Counted from the first letter of the stretch, positions 9,944-19,692 are shown. The stretch is 64,000 nucleotides of DNA from Chloroflexota bacterium (GCA_965261345.1 OZ253449.1:1152001-1216000), one strand, 5' to 3'. Numbers and translations are program-made. Notes: a model not told the origin generated them from the letters alone.

Positions 9944-10819
9944 ATGCCTGCCACGGCGCTGATATTGGTGCTGCTCTCCGCGGTGGCCCATGCCGGATGG
10001 AACTTCCTTTTAAAGCGGGCATTGGACCACGAGGCCTTCGTCTGGTGGATACAGGTCGCGATCACGGTCTTGTTTCTGCCACTGGGGGTGATCATGTTCG
10101 TGCTCGAACCGATCGAGGGCCGGGGCTGGTTGTTTGTTGTCGGCACCGGGATTTTGCATTCCTTCTACTTCGTCTTCCTGGGGCGCGGGTACGCGCGTGG
10201 CGACCTCTCCCAGATCTACCCGATTGCCCGCGGAACCGGGCCAGTGTTGGTGCCGGTCCTCGGTGTCCTGCTACTCGGCGAGCAGGTCTCGGTTCCGGCG
10301 GTCGGCGGCATCGTCGCCGTTCTGGCGGGCATTTTCATCGTCTATTGGTCCGGACGCGTGGCGCTGATATTGCGCCGCCCACTGATGATCCTGCGAGAAC
10401 CCGGCAATTTGTACGCGGTGGCGACCGGTCTGTTCATAGCCGCCTACTCGATTTGGGACAAGGTAGGCGTGGGTTACGTGGCGCCATTCCTTTACATGTA
10501 CCTAATGGCGCTCAGTACGGGGATCATCCTGACACCATACATGCTCGGCCGCAGGGGGTTGGCCGCGCTGCGCGGCGAGTGGCGGGCAAACGCATGGACG
10601 ATCGTCGCGGTGGGGGCGTTGACCTTCTTTGCCTACGGACTGGTCCTCACCGCGCTGACGCTGTCAAGGGTGAGCTACGTGTGGCCTTCCCGGGAGATCG
10701 GGATAGTGGTGGCGGTGTTGCTGGGCAGCCTGGTATTGAAAGAGCCGTTTGGACGCGGGCGGATCCTCGGGTCGTGCTGCATCGTGGCGGGGGTCGCCGC
10801 CATCGCGCTGGCGCCGTGA
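9944..10819 (+). CDS. EamA/DMT family transporter
   Basis: About 10 TM segments, HAGWN, DLSQIYPIARG, LKEP. Confidence 0.88.
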   Translation: MPATALILVLLSAVAHAGWNFLLKRALDHEAFVWWIQVAITVLFLPLGVIMFVLEPIEGRGWLFVVGTGILHSFYFVFLGRGYARGDLSQIYPIARGTGPVLVPVLGVLLLGEQVSVPAVGGIVAVLAGIFIVYWSGRVALILRRPLMILREPGNLYAVATGLFIAAYSIWDKVGVGYVAPFLYMYLMALSTGIILTPYMLGRRGLAALRGEWRANAWTIVAVGALTFFAYGLVLTALTLSRVSYVWPSREIGIVVAVLLGSLVLKEPFGRGRILGSCCIVAGVAAIALAP

Positions 10820-10883
10820 GCCGCCCCGCCGCAGGGCCCTCGGCCGAATATATTTTTGGCAAACCGGGATAACCCGGTCGGTG

Positions 10884-11519
10884 CTATCGGGCAGCGCCGA
10901 ATGCCGACTGCGGCCAGGCCCGGCGCAGTTGAGCTGGCGAAATCGCCCCGGCGCGAATTAGGCGAGCGGGAGCCACCGTCAGATCCACCACCGTGGACGC
11001 TTCCCCAAGCCGGCAGCATCCTTCAATTACCAGGTCGATCTCTCGGCCAAATTCGGTCGCCACCGCTTCGGCGCCGGTCAATGGCGGGTGGCCCGTACGG
11101 TTGGCGCTGGTCCCGGTGATTCCAGCCGGGATCTGCTTTAGTAGCGAGCGCAGCAGCGGGTGATCAGGGACCCGCAGCCCAACAATGCCGTCCGGGGCCA
11201 ACGTGGCGTCGAGGTTTGGCTTGGCCGGCAACAGAACGGTCAATGGGCCAGGCCAAAAGGACTCGGTGAGCGCTAGAAATCCATCCGGCAGCTCGGCCAG
11301 ATCTCCGGCCGCGCGAGCATCCCCAATTAGGATTGGCATCCCCCGACCTGCTGGGCGGCCTTTAATCGCCAGAACCCTCGCCAGGCCCGCTGGGCGGTCG
11401 GTTCGGGCACCCAAGCCAAACACCGTATCGGTGGGGAAGGCGATCACCCCGCCAGCGGCCAGAACCGCCCCGGCGCGGGCCAATTGGCAGTCCGGCCGGC
11501 CGGACTTAGTCGAGCACAA
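10884..11519 (-). CDS. tsaC: L-threonylcarbamoyladenylate synthase (TsaC/Sua5/YrdC)
   Basis: AFPTDTVFGL, KGRP, FWPGPLT, GLRVPDHP, TSANRTG; start placed at TTG 11519 (uncertain). Confidence 0.88.
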   Translation of the reverse strand: MCSTKSGRPDCQLARAGAVLAAGGVIAFPTDTVFGLGARTDRPAGLARVLAIKGRPAGRGMPILIGDARAAGDLAELPDGFLALTESFWPGPLTVLLPAKPNLDATLAPDGIVGLRVPDHPLLRSLLKQIPAGITGTSANRTGHPPLTGAEAVATEFGREIDLVIEGCCRLGEASTVVDLTVAPARLIRAGAISPAQLRRAWPQSAFGAAR

Positions 11520-12315
11520 AGCGTTCGATCGCCACCGCCACTCCGTCATCTGCGTAACTGGAGGACACGAAGTCGGCAATGGCCTTGGTTTCGGCGGCTC
11601 CGTTACCCATCGCCACCCCGAATCCAGCGGCCTCAACCAGCGGCAGGTCATTGAGGTTATCGCCAATTCCCATGGTCTGGGATATCGGGATCTTTAGGAT
11701 TTTGGCCAGCCGCCGAAGGGCGTCGCCCTTATTGACTTGGCCGTCGATGGCCTCGACTAGACGCGGGTGCGAGCGGGTCACGTTGACTTCGATCGGCACC
11801 GCGGCGGCCAATTCGGCAACCAGCGCGCGTGAACGTCCGCTCTCGGTAATTAGCACCAGTTTGACCAGATCGCGATCCAGCCAATCGCCTAAATCTCCCA
11901 CCAGGCAGGGTTCGATGCCAGAGAGCTGGCGATAGAAATTGCCCTCCTTCGTAAGGCTGCCCATATAGAGTTCGTCGCCGGCAAAGGCATTAACGTGAAC
12001 CCCGCGGGCGACCGCAAACTCGATTACCGCGCGCGCATTGGCCTGCGGTAGCAGGCGCTCGTACAGGGTCGCGCCGGTGGCCGGATCGCGAATCTGCGCC
12101 CCTTGGTAGCAAATTACCGGTCCGGACAGTTCAAGCTGGGTGGCAAAGCGCACCGCGGATCGAAACATCCGCCCGGTGGCAATTACCACCTCCACATCCC
12201 GCCGGCGGGCGGCGGCGATCGCCGCGCTCACCCGCGGCGAAACCCGGTTACGATCATCCACCAGGGTTCCGTCGAGGTCTATCGCGACCAGCTTGATTGG
12301 CGGTTGGATTGTCAA
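11506..12315 (-). CDS. Cof-type HAD-IIB hydrolase
   Basis: IDLDGTL, ATGR, NKG, GDNLND, GVAMGN. Confidence 0.92.
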   Translation of the reverse strand: MTIQPPIKLVAIDLDGTLVDDRNRVSPRVSAAIAAARRRDVEVVIATGRMFRSAVRFATQLELSGPVICYQGAQIRDPATGATLYERLLPQANARAVIEFAVARGVHVNAFAGDELYMGSLTKEGNFYRQLSGIEPCLVGDLGDWLDRDLVKLVLITESGRSRALVAELAAAVPIEVNVTRSHPRLVEAIDGQVNKGDALRRLAKILKIPISQTMGIGDNLNDLPLVEAAGFGVAMGNGAAETKAIADFVSSSYADDGVAVAIERFVLD

Positions 12316-12452
12316 CTTAGGTGGCCTTTAGCAGCCCGGTGTCGCGGGGCGCGCGGTTGCGTCATCGGCCGGCCTCGGCGGGCAAACCATTGACCAGCGT
12401 CCTGGCCATTTTCGCCTCCTCCGGCCTTTGGCGCACCTCCGCCAATTGCCAA

Positions 12453-14312
12453 TTAGCGGTTGGCGGAGATGCTAACGAGGCTTTCAGCTTCCTGGCCAAA
12501 GCGCCGCCCGCCCATCGTCAGGTCGTAGGTGACCACCAGTCGCCTGGCCGGGCGGGCGTCACCAGCGACCTTGAGTTGAAGCGGTAGCAAAACAGTTTCA
12601 CCGGCCGCGAGGGTGCCGGACAATTGCGGCTGCCGAAACGACCATCCGCTTGGGCATTTGGGTTTGATCAGATAGTCGGCGGCCCTGGCAAAGTGGTTGG
12701 TCAAGTGAATCTCCAAGTCCAGCAGTTCGCCCGCGCCAACTATTGCCCAATAGGGCCTGGCCGAAAGAAACTGCGGATCAAGGGCGAAATTTACCTCGTC
12801 GGGATCTTCAACCAGCGCCTGGAAAGCGCCGCCAAGTTCCACGGTTTTGCGGACCAATTCAGTTAGCTGGGCGTGATTTACGCTCAACGCCCCGGAGTGC
12901 CCGGTAAGGAGCAGCTGCGGCGACTGGTCGATTAACGCCTTCAGGGTTGGTTGGAAGCTGCCGAGGGTGTATCGATTGCGAAATATCGGACCGCCCAGCC
13001 GCGGTCCGGTCGGTGAGACGTGGATGTTGTCGCCGGTGAGCGCAAAGCGTATTCCGTCCGCCGAAAAGAAAACCTGGCTGGCGTAATGGGTATGCCCGGG
13101 TGCGTGCTGAACCTTGAGCCGATAACCCTCCCATTCGACCTCTTCGCCGTCCCGGAGTATGCGATCGACCTTGATCGGTTCGCGCATTAGGCAGGGCAGG
13201 TTGTAGCGCAGCGGGTCCGCGACTATCTCGGCAAACACCTCGTGCGCCCAGACTTGGGTCCCAAAGCGCGACTGCAGATAAGGGATTCCGGCGACGTGGT
13301 CATCATGGTAGTGGCTGGGGATGACCACATCGATCTGGTCGACGCCGGCGGCATTGTACAGCTGTTGGAGTGAATGGTCGCCAAAACGGCTCAAGGGCCA
13401 TCCGTGGTCGGCGCTCGGGAAGCCGTAATCGAGCAGCATCGCTCGCCCGCTATCGGACACGAGGGCATAGAAGTTGCTCTCGGTGTCGATGTTGGCCCAG
13501 ACGTGGTCCGACAGCGGATGGATCTGCTGGTCGGTTGATATTCGCGGGGCAGAGGCCAGCCCAGGGATGTGGCGGGCAACGTTGAAAAGATGGGTTAGAT
13601 TGGCGCCCAGCTCGCCCAGGGCAGCTTGCGGGTCCTCCATCAGCTGGCCATGCGAGGGCAGCACCCAATCCGGCTCCGATCGCGCCAGGGTGCGCAGTGA
13701 ACCCATTGCCGCGTTGACCCCGTTGAGGGCGTCGTACCCCCACTGCAAATCGTGGATCCGATGGACCTTGCCGGGGGCGGCAATCAGGTCCCCGCTAAAC
13801 GCCACCCTCCGCCCGTCGATCTCTCCCACCAGGCTGATCGATCCCTTGGTGTGTCCGGGACTGGGGAGGATTTCAAAGCTGAATTCCTCCCAATCGAAGC
13901 GCCCGAAATCAACCAATCGGGCATGGGCTTGGATCGACTCGGCCAGCGATTGGAATTCGGATTGCATTTCGTAATTGGAAATGGTTCGTTTGTGGCGCCA
14001 AAAACTGCTGGCGTAATCCATAAACGAAATCTCGCCGCGGGGGACCGCGATCTGGGTGGAGGTGCCGGCAAGGAGGTGGTCACCCTGGCATTGGTCACGG
14101 TGGTGGTGAGTGTGCAATACCCATTCGAGCTCGTCGACGCCGATCGCGGCAAGGTGTTCGAGGACCTCCCCCGCGCCAAAGTCGATCGCGATCGCCTTCC
14201 GGCCGCTGGCTATGACGTAGACATTACAGGTGTCCACGTAGCGGTAAAGATGGGGTGATAGCTGCTCGAGCACGCCGGGGCTCCGACTGCCTTGCGCCGG
14301 CCGGATTGGCAC
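12453..14312 (-). CDS. Tandem two-domain metallo-beta-lactamase-fold hydrolase
   Basis: Two MBL motif sets: THHHRDQ/PGHT/SGD/PSHG and SHYHDDH/PGHT/TGD/TGH. Confidence 0.8.
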   Translation of the reverse strand: MPIRPAQGSRSPGVLEQLSPHLYRYVDTCNVYVIASGRKAIAIDFGAGEVLEHLAAIGVDELEWVLHTHHHRDQCQGDHLLAGTSTQIAVPRGEISFMDYASSFWRHKRTISNYEMQSEFQSLAESIQAHARLVDFGRFDWEEFSFEILPSPGHTKGSISLVGEIDGRRVAFSGDLIAAPGKVHRIHDLQWGYDALNGVNAAMGSLRTLARSEPDWVLPSHGQLMEDPQAALGELGANLTHLFNVARHIPGLASAPRISTDQQIHPLSDHVWANIDTESNFYALVSDSGRAMLLDYGFPSADHGWPLSRFGDHSLQQLYNAAGVDQIDVVIPSHYHDDHVAGIPYLQSRFGTQVWAHEVFAEIVADPLRYNLPCLMREPIKVDRILRDGEEVEWEGYRLKVQHAPGHTHYASQVFFSADGIRFALTGDNIHVSPTGPRLGGPIFRNRYTLGSFQPTLKALIDQSPQLLLTGHSGALSVNHAQLTELVRKTVELGGAFQALVEDPDEVNFALDPQFLSARPYWAIVGAGELLDLEIHLTNHFARAADYLIKPKCPSGWSFRQPQLSGTLAAGETVLLPLQLKVAGDARPARRLVVTYDLTMGGRRFGQEAESLVSISANR

Positions 14313-14349
14313 CCGCGCAGGTCCTAGACTGCTTCCATTGTTTCATTTT

Positions 14350-15618
14350 CTATCCGCGTGATCGCAATATCCAGCTTTCAAAGCGGTCCAAAAGTTGACC
14401 GACCGGCTCGGAACCCAGGGCGATCGCCCGGTTGAGGGTGCCGGCCTGGCCGGACACGGACTTGTCCGGCCAAAGTCGCCAGTCGTAGAGTGCAAGTTCG
14501 GGATCGAGCAAAAAATCCAGCTGCCGGTCAGTATCGCGCGCTGCTCGCAAGGCAGCCAGGTTGGCCGGGGCCATTGCGCCCGCACGGGCGACCACCGCGC
14601 TGGCCAACTGCCCGTCCAGTCGCGTTAGCGCATCCGGGCCAACCGGGCCGGCGCCCGCCGGAGCCGCCAACCCGTAGCGCCCGCCCCCTTCGAGCGCCGA
14701 GATTCCCGCCGGGGTGGGGACGACCGTCAGCTGCCAGCGCAAGCGGCTCCCCGTCAGCTGCCGACGCAGGGTCGGCCAAAGGGCGAAAGCCATCGCTGCC
14801 TTGCCGCCGGCGATCGCCGAGAGGCGCTGACTCCCGCCAGCATGATCGCGTCGAAACGCGAGCCCAGGATCGTGAAAAAATGACCGGAACATTTCACTTC
14901 CACCACGCGAAAAGCCGGTTGCCGGTTGCCGGTTGCCTCCGGCAAAGAGCAGCCACTGCGGGTCGTGGGTGGCCGGCGACAAGTCGATTCCGGCGAAGGT
15001 AACGAACCTGAGGTCGCGCCGGGTGAGGGCGCCGGCTGATTCATGCAACTCGGTTAAATCAATCGGGGCCGAGAGCAGGTCGGTCCGGATAACCAGGGGC
15101 CTGGCGGTCAGCGCCAGCGGCAGGACATGGAACGCACCCGGGCGGTTGATGGTGGCCAGCCCAGGGCGGTGCCAGGCGGCGATAGCAGCCTCCCCCAGCA
15201 CCGGATCCAGGGATTGGAGATGCCCGCCCCGGGCCATGCTTTGAGGGTTGGGTGGAGAAATTAAGTCGGCGCCGGCTGCCGCGCCCTCGAGCCGCCCAAT
15301 CGCCCAACGATCCCGAGTCACGATGTCGGCCGGCGCCAACCCGCTGCGGGCGAACGCCAGCAGCAGTTCGGATATGACCGCATCGGGCCAGGCCAGAGCC
15401 AGCTTCAATCGGCGCACCACCACCGCGGGGCGGGCGGTCGGGGTGGTGGTGGACACCACGGTTGGCGCCGCCTTGCGGGGACGGGCAGCAGTCGGGGCGG
15501 GCGTTGCCACAGGCAGCCGAGCGGCCGCCGATGGCCCCTCGATGCAACCGGCCAGAACCCCGGCCAGCCCAGTGGTCAACCCGGCCAGGATCCGTCGGCG
15601 CGAGATCTGGGGGCCCAC
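14350..15618 (-). CDS. Tat-exported lipoprotein, divergent solute-binding-protein-like
   Basis: SRRRIL twin-Arg, LAGC lipobox, Pro/Thr linker, weak SBP-like patterns (LQSLDP, LPLA...RTDL, GKAAM). Confidence 0.55.
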   Translation of the reverse strand: MGPQISRRRILAGLTTGLAGVLAGCIEGPSAAARLPVATPAPTAARPRKAAPTVVSTTTPTARPAVVVRRLKLALAWPDAVISELLLAFARSGLAPADIVTRDRWAIGRLEGAAAGADLISPPNPQSMARGGHLQSLDPVLGEAAIAAWHRPGLATINRPGAFHVLPLALTARPLVIRTDLLSAPIDLTELHESAGALTRRDLRFVTFAGIDLSPATHDPQWLLFAGGNRQPATGFSRGGSEMFRSFFHDPGLAFRRDHAGGSQRLSAIAGGKAAMAFALWPTLRRQLTGSRLRWQLTVVPTPAGISALEGGGRYGLAAPAGAGPVGPDALTRLDGQLASAVVARAGAMAPANLAALRAARDTDRQLDFLLDPELALYDWRLWPDKSVSGQAGTLNRAIALGSEPVGQLLDRFESWILRSRG

Positions 15619-15621
15619 TGC

Positions 15622-16818
15622 CTAACCGTCGATCGCGCAACCAGCGTTAATCATCGCCGTTACCTGAGACGGGCTAAGGCCCGCCAGTTGGCATAGCACC
15701 GAGCGTGTGTGCTCGCCCAGACCGGGTGCCAACCGGGCCACCGCGCGGTCAAAGCCGGAGGCTCGAAACGGCGTCCCGGGCACCACCAGATCACCTTCGG
15801 GCAATTCGAGCCGGGCGAGCATGCCGCGGGCTTCAAGGTGCTGGTCGGTGAGCAGATCAGAGATTCGATTGACCCGCCCCGCCGGGATTCCCGCCGCCAG
15901 CAGATCCCGCTCCCACTCGGCCGAATCGGCCCTGGCCAGCTCATATTCGATCGCGGCTATCAACTCGATTACGTTTTCGGAGCGCTGGGCGTTGCTGGCA
16001 AAGCGTGGGTCGTTGGCCAGGGAAGGGTTGCCCAGGCATTCGCACAGCCGCAAAAACAACCCATCATTGCCGCAGGCGATTGCGATCGAGCCATCGGCTG
16101 TGGCAAAGGTGCTAAACGGAGAAATTGATGGGTGGCGGTTGCCGATCGGGGTCGGATCCACACCGGTCGCCTGATACCGCGCCAAGGCATTTTCCAGCAC
16201 CGCGAACACCGAATCGAACATCGCCAGGTCGATCCAGGAGCCTTGGCCGGACTGTCGTCTCTGGAAAAGCGCCGCCAGCACCGCGCTGACGCCGTAGAGG
16301 GCCGGGACCAGATCCCCGAGCGAGGCGCCGACCCGGGTGGGAGGGCCGCCATCGGGCCCGGTGATGCTCATCAACCCGCTCAACGCCTGCACGATGACGT
16401 CGTAGGCGCCGCGGCCGCTGTACGGGCCCATTTGTCCAAAGCCCGAGAGCGACAGATACACAAGACCCGGGTTGCTTTCGACCAGATCGTCATAGCTGAG
16501 TCCGAGCCGGGCCATCGCCCCTGGGCGGTAGTTCTCAACCAAAACGTCAGCGCGCGCGGCCAAGGTCCTAACCGCCGCTAGTGAACGCGGGTCCTTCAGG
16601 TCGAGGGCGACGCTTTCCTTGCCGCGGTTGACGCTGGCAAAGTACAAGCTCGTCTCCCCCTTAAACGGGCCCATCCCGCGCGCCTCGTCGCCACTTGGCG
16701 GTTCGATTTTTATGACCCGGGCACCCAGGTCGCCGAGTGTCATCGTGCAAAACGGACCGGCCAGGATCCGCGAGAAATCCAGGACCAGGACGCCGTCTAA
16801 GAACTTGGCGCCGGTCAC
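15622..16818 (-). CDS. CoA transferase family III (CaiB/BaiF)
   Basis: LDFSRILAGP, NRGKES, ENYRPG, SGFGQxGP, AYDVIVQA. Confidence 0.92.
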   Translation of the reverse strand: MTGAKFLDGVLVLDFSRILAGPFCTMTLGDLGARVIKIEPPSGDEARGMGPFKGETSLYFASVNRGKESVALDLKDPRSLAAVRTLAARADVLVENYRPGAMARLGLSYDDLVESNPGLVYLSLSGFGQMGPYSGRGAYDVIVQALSGLMSITGPDGGPPTRVGASLGDLVPALYGVSAVLAALFQRRQSGQGSWIDLAMFDSVFAVLENALARYQATGVDPTPIGNRHPSISPFSTFATADGSIAIACGNDGLFLRLCECLGNPSLANDPRFASNAQRSENVIELIAAIEYELARADSAEWERDLLAAGIPAGRVNRISDLLTDQHLEARGMLARLELPEGDLVVPGTPFRASGFDRAVARLAPGLGEHTRSVLCQLAGLSPSQVTAMINAGCAIDG

Positions 16819-16872
16819 CGAATCGGGCTTTAGATTCGCTTCACCGGCAGAATTGATCCCAGGGTGAACAGA

Positions 16873-17136
16873 TTAGCCAGTCTTGAAGTAGTCGGCGTTG
16901 ACCTGCAACCATTCGGCCTTGTCTTCGGGGAGGTCAAAGTCCGGGTAGATCGCCTCCACCGGGCAGGCCGGTTCACAGGCCCCGCAGTCGATGCACTCGA
17001 TCGGATCAATATAGAGCATCTTCTCGGATTCGAATTCGGTTTCGTCGGTACGCGGGTGAATGCAGTCGACCGGACACACATCGACGCACGAAGCGTCCTT
17101 GGTGCCGATGCAGGAATCGGTGATTATGTAGGTCAT
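16873..17136 (-). CDS. fdxA: Ferredoxin (7Fe FdxA type)
   Basis: MTYIITDSC...[10 protein letters not shown] and [13 protein letters not shown]. Confidence 0.92.
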   Translation of the reverse strand: MTYIITDSCIGTKDASCVDVCPVDCIHPRTDETEFESEKMLYIDPIECIDCGACEPACPVEAIYPDFDLPEDKAEWLQVNADYFKTG

Positions 17137-17210
17137 TTAGGACGCTCGATTTCGACCCAGTCGCCAGATAATCTGGCAGACGAGATTTTACAAGTCTGAG
17201 GCGGCGACAA

Positions 17211-17498
17211 ATGCCCGAACTCCTCGGTGAGGCCGAGTTGGTTGACCGATTGCGATCGGCCAGTGGTTGGGAATTGGACGGTGCCCAGATCCGGCGAACC
17301 GTCACCCTTTCTACGTTTATGGGAGCCATTGCCTTTGTCGGCAAGGTGGCCGCCGTCGCCGAACAGTTAAACCATCACCCGGATATCGACATCCGCTATC
17401 GGCGGGTGGAAATTGCGGTAAGCACCCACAGCGCCGGCGGGCTAACTGAGCTAGATTTCCAACTGGCATCCATGGTCAACGAGCTGATCGAGGTCTGA
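17211..17498 (+). CDS. phhB: Pterin-4-alpha-carbinolamine dehydratase
   Basis: NHHPDI, STHSAGGLTELD. Confidence 0.92.
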   Translation: MPELLGEAELVDRLRSASGWELDGAQIRRTVTLSTFMGAIAFVGKVAAVAEQLNHHPDIDIRYRRVEIAVSTHSAGGLTELDFQLASMVNELIEV

Positions 17499-17545
17499 TC
17501 GCTGATCCGGTTTCCCGCACCAAGCGCGACCGGCGCGCTAATTAC

Positions 17546-17574
17546 CAGGTGGCCCGCCGCCGCCGGGCCACCTG
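17546..17574. terminator. Probable bidirectional terminator hairpin
   Basis: Perfect 11-bp stem CAGGTGGCCCG/CGGGCCACCTG with 7-nt loop between convergent genes; no long U tract. Confidence 0.55.
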
Positions 17575-17602
17575 CCCTAAGTAAAGGTGCTCCCGGGAAC
17601 GC

Positions 17603-17806
17603 CTAGCGCTTTTTGCGGAGGATGGGCAGGCCGGTGCGGGCGTTTTCGGTAACTTCATAGCCATCCGGCATGCCGTCAATGGCGTTGTCGCGGGCGTCGC
17701 CGGCAAAGTAGTAGATGGTCTGCATCCGCCCACCATTTAGCTCGACATCTCGCGAGTGCAAGTAATAGATCTTGCCGGACTTGTTGCTGACAACCGAATA
17801 CGCCAC
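17603..17806 (-). CDS. Conserved small hypothetical protein (67 aa)
   Basis: GTG start with GAGG RBS; MAY...YYLH...GGR.QTIYYF...N.RTG.P.LRK resembles a widespread uncharacterised family (from recall). Confidence 0.75.
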   Translation of the reverse strand: MAYSVVSNKSGKIYYLHSRDVELNGGRMQTIYYFAGDARDNAIDGMPDGYEVTENARTGLPILRKKR

Positions 17807-17842
17807 GTTCAACCTCAATGTTGATTTTTGTTAATTGGAACC

Positions 17843-17871
17843 GTGCTATTGCTGCAAAAGTTTAGTTGCAA
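17843..17871 (-). promoter_or_regulatory. Putative sigma70-type promoter
   Basis: TTGCAA-17 bp-TAGCAC upstream of the 67-aa gene. Confidence 0.35.
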
Positions 17872-18109
17872 GCAGCATTGGGCCTTCGCCTGCAATTTCA
17901 GACCGGTTTCGGCGAAACCACGCCCGTGCGTTTTGCAGGCTAGTACTTCCGCCCCCGAACCGATGATACCGGCCGGCGGAGGCGGCAATTTTGAGCAAAC
18001 CCAACAAATCGTATCAGATTGGGAGATCCGGTGCGGGCCCCTTTTTGATCGCTGCCGACCGCAACCATCGGACCTGCCAGCGCGCGTCTTGGCGGGCGCA
18101 CTACTTCGG

Positions 18110-18183
18110 TGGGCGCAACAGGACTTGAACCTGTGGCCTCCACGATGTCAACGTGGCGCTCTGGCCAACTGAGCTATGCGCCC
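18110..18183 (-). tRNA. tRNA-Val(GAC)
   Basis: Cloverleaf GGGCGCA acceptor, anticodon loop TTGACAT, GGTTCAAGTCC; CCA not fully encoded (ACCG). Confidence 0.96.
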
Positions 18184-18223
18184 TCAGTCCAGCTTGGTCT
18201 TGATCTGGAAAGCGAATGCAAGT

Positions 18224-19042
18224 CTACAAATCGACAATGGCCGCGTTTATCCGCTCGCACAGGGCCTTGGCCGCCGCGCCCGCGGCTTCGGCGAATCCAG
18301 TACCCGAATCGGCGTAGATCACGCTGCGGCCAGCGTTGATCGCCGCTCCCACTCGCACCCCGCTCGCTGACAGCGCCGCCAGAGTTGCCTCCAGGTCCCC
18401 ACCCTGGGCGCCAATTCCAGGGATCAGGGTTGATGTGCTCGGGGCCAGGCGGCGGGCCCTGGCCAGAGCCCGCGGATCGTTCGCCCCGAGCACCAACCCG
18501 CAGTTGTCGGCACGATTGCCGGCCTCGGTTTGCCGGGCAATCTGCAGGTAGACCGGATCGCCCACCGGTCCGACCAGCTGGACTTGATCGCCGCTGCGAT
18601 TTGAAGACCGGCAGAGAACGAAAACACCCTTTTGAGGGTTTGCGCACAATCCCTCGATCGCCTCCCAGCCCATGTAGGGGGTGGCGGTCACGCCATCTAG
18701 GGCGAACGCATCCCGAGCTTTGGCGTAGGAATCTACGGTGTTGCCGATGTCGCCCCATTTGCCGTCGCCGATCAGCAGTCGATCGGCGGGCACGCGCTCG
18801 CGCAGGCTGCCGAGCAGCTCGCATCCCGGAATTCCCAAGGCCAAGAAAAATGCCCAGTTGAGTTTGTAGGCGCAGGCCCATTGGCAGGTCGTTGCAATGA
18901 TCGAGTCGAGGAAATACCTGAGCCCGTTAAAGTCGCGCGGAAGCGTTTCCGGCAGGCGGGCAAGATCGGGATCAAGTCCCACACAGACCAGTGAATCAGC
19001 TGACTGGTTCCCGGCCCTCAGCCTCGCGTTAAAGCTACCCAT
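18224..19042 (-). CDS. pyrF: Orotidine-5'-phosphate decarboxylase
   Basis: CVGLDP, YKLN, DGKWGDIGNT, LIPGIGAQGG. Confidence 0.92.
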   Translation of the reverse strand: MGSFNARLRAGNQSADSLVCVGLDPDLARLPETLPRDFNGLRYFLDSIIATTCQWACAYKLNWAFFLALGIPGCELLGSLRERVPADRLLIGDGKWGDIGNTVDSYAKARDAFALDGVTATPYMGWEAIEGLCANPQKGVFVLCRSSNRSGDQVQLVGPVGDPVYLQIARQTEAGNRADNCGLVLGANDPRALARARRLAPSTSTLIPGIGAQGGDLEATLAALSASGVRVGAAINAGRSVIYADSGTGFAEAAGAAAKALCERINAAIVDL

Positions 19043-19161
19043 GGCGTTGGCCGATGAAATCTGCCGGTTGTTGGTTCATGGGCGCCCTCCCGCGCATAGA
19101 ATGCATTCCGTATTTCCACTGGCGTACGCAGCTAATAAGCGTACGTCCGTACGAAGGGGGC

Positions 19162-19392
19162 GTGGTTTTGGGGTTTTTCGGAAGTAAGAAATCGGTGGCC
19201 GACCTGCCGGTTCGCAAAACGGTGAAAGTGATGCCGCGCGAGACGCTGCGCTCGATTGCCGGCCGTGAATACGGCGACGAGACGCAATGGGAAGTGATTT
19301 TCTCCAAGAACAAATGGCGCTTTGACGGGGCCGACCCGCTCACGATCTATCCGGGGATGGACCTGGATATCCCGGAGATCGAAGGCCAGTAA
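19162..19392 (+). CDS. Small LysM-domain protein
   Basis: ETLRSIAGREYGD..W..I...N...IYPG..L.IP LysM pattern; GTG start after AAGGGGG. Confidence 0.78.
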   Translation: MVLGFFGSKKSVADLPVRKTVKVMPRETLRSIAGREYGDETQWEVIFSKNKWRFDGADPLTIYPGMDLDIPEIEGQ

Positions 19393-19418
19393 CGGTCCCA
19401 GATCCAGACGGCGCTGGG

Positions 19419-19502
19419 TGCCGAAGGTCGGGTTCGAACCGACACGAGGTTGCCCTCACTGGTTTTTGAGACCAGCGCGTCTGCCAATTCCGCCACTTCG
19501 GC
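19419..19502 (-). tRNA. tRNA-Leu(CAA)
   Basis: GCCGAAG acceptor, GGCGGAATTGGCAGAC D arm, loop CTCAAAA, long variable arm. Confidence 0.96.
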
Positions 19503-19503
19503 A

Positions 19504-19579
19504 TGGCAGGAGTGGAGGGACTCGAACCCCCGACCGGCGGTTTTGGAGACCGCTGCTCTTCCAACTGAGCTACACTCCT
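19504..19579 (-). tRNA. tRNA-Trp(CCA)
   Basis: AGGAGTG acceptor, loop CTCCAAA, GGTTCGAGTCC, encoded CCA. Confidence 0.96.
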
Positions 19580-19692
19580 TCTCTCGCGCCAATGGTAAAC
19601 GTTGCGGCCGGGCCTCGCGGTCAATGTGACCGAAAATATTTAGTGCGACATCGCGCCGATGTGCCCGCAACCCCCTCCACGGAGTTCCCTGA

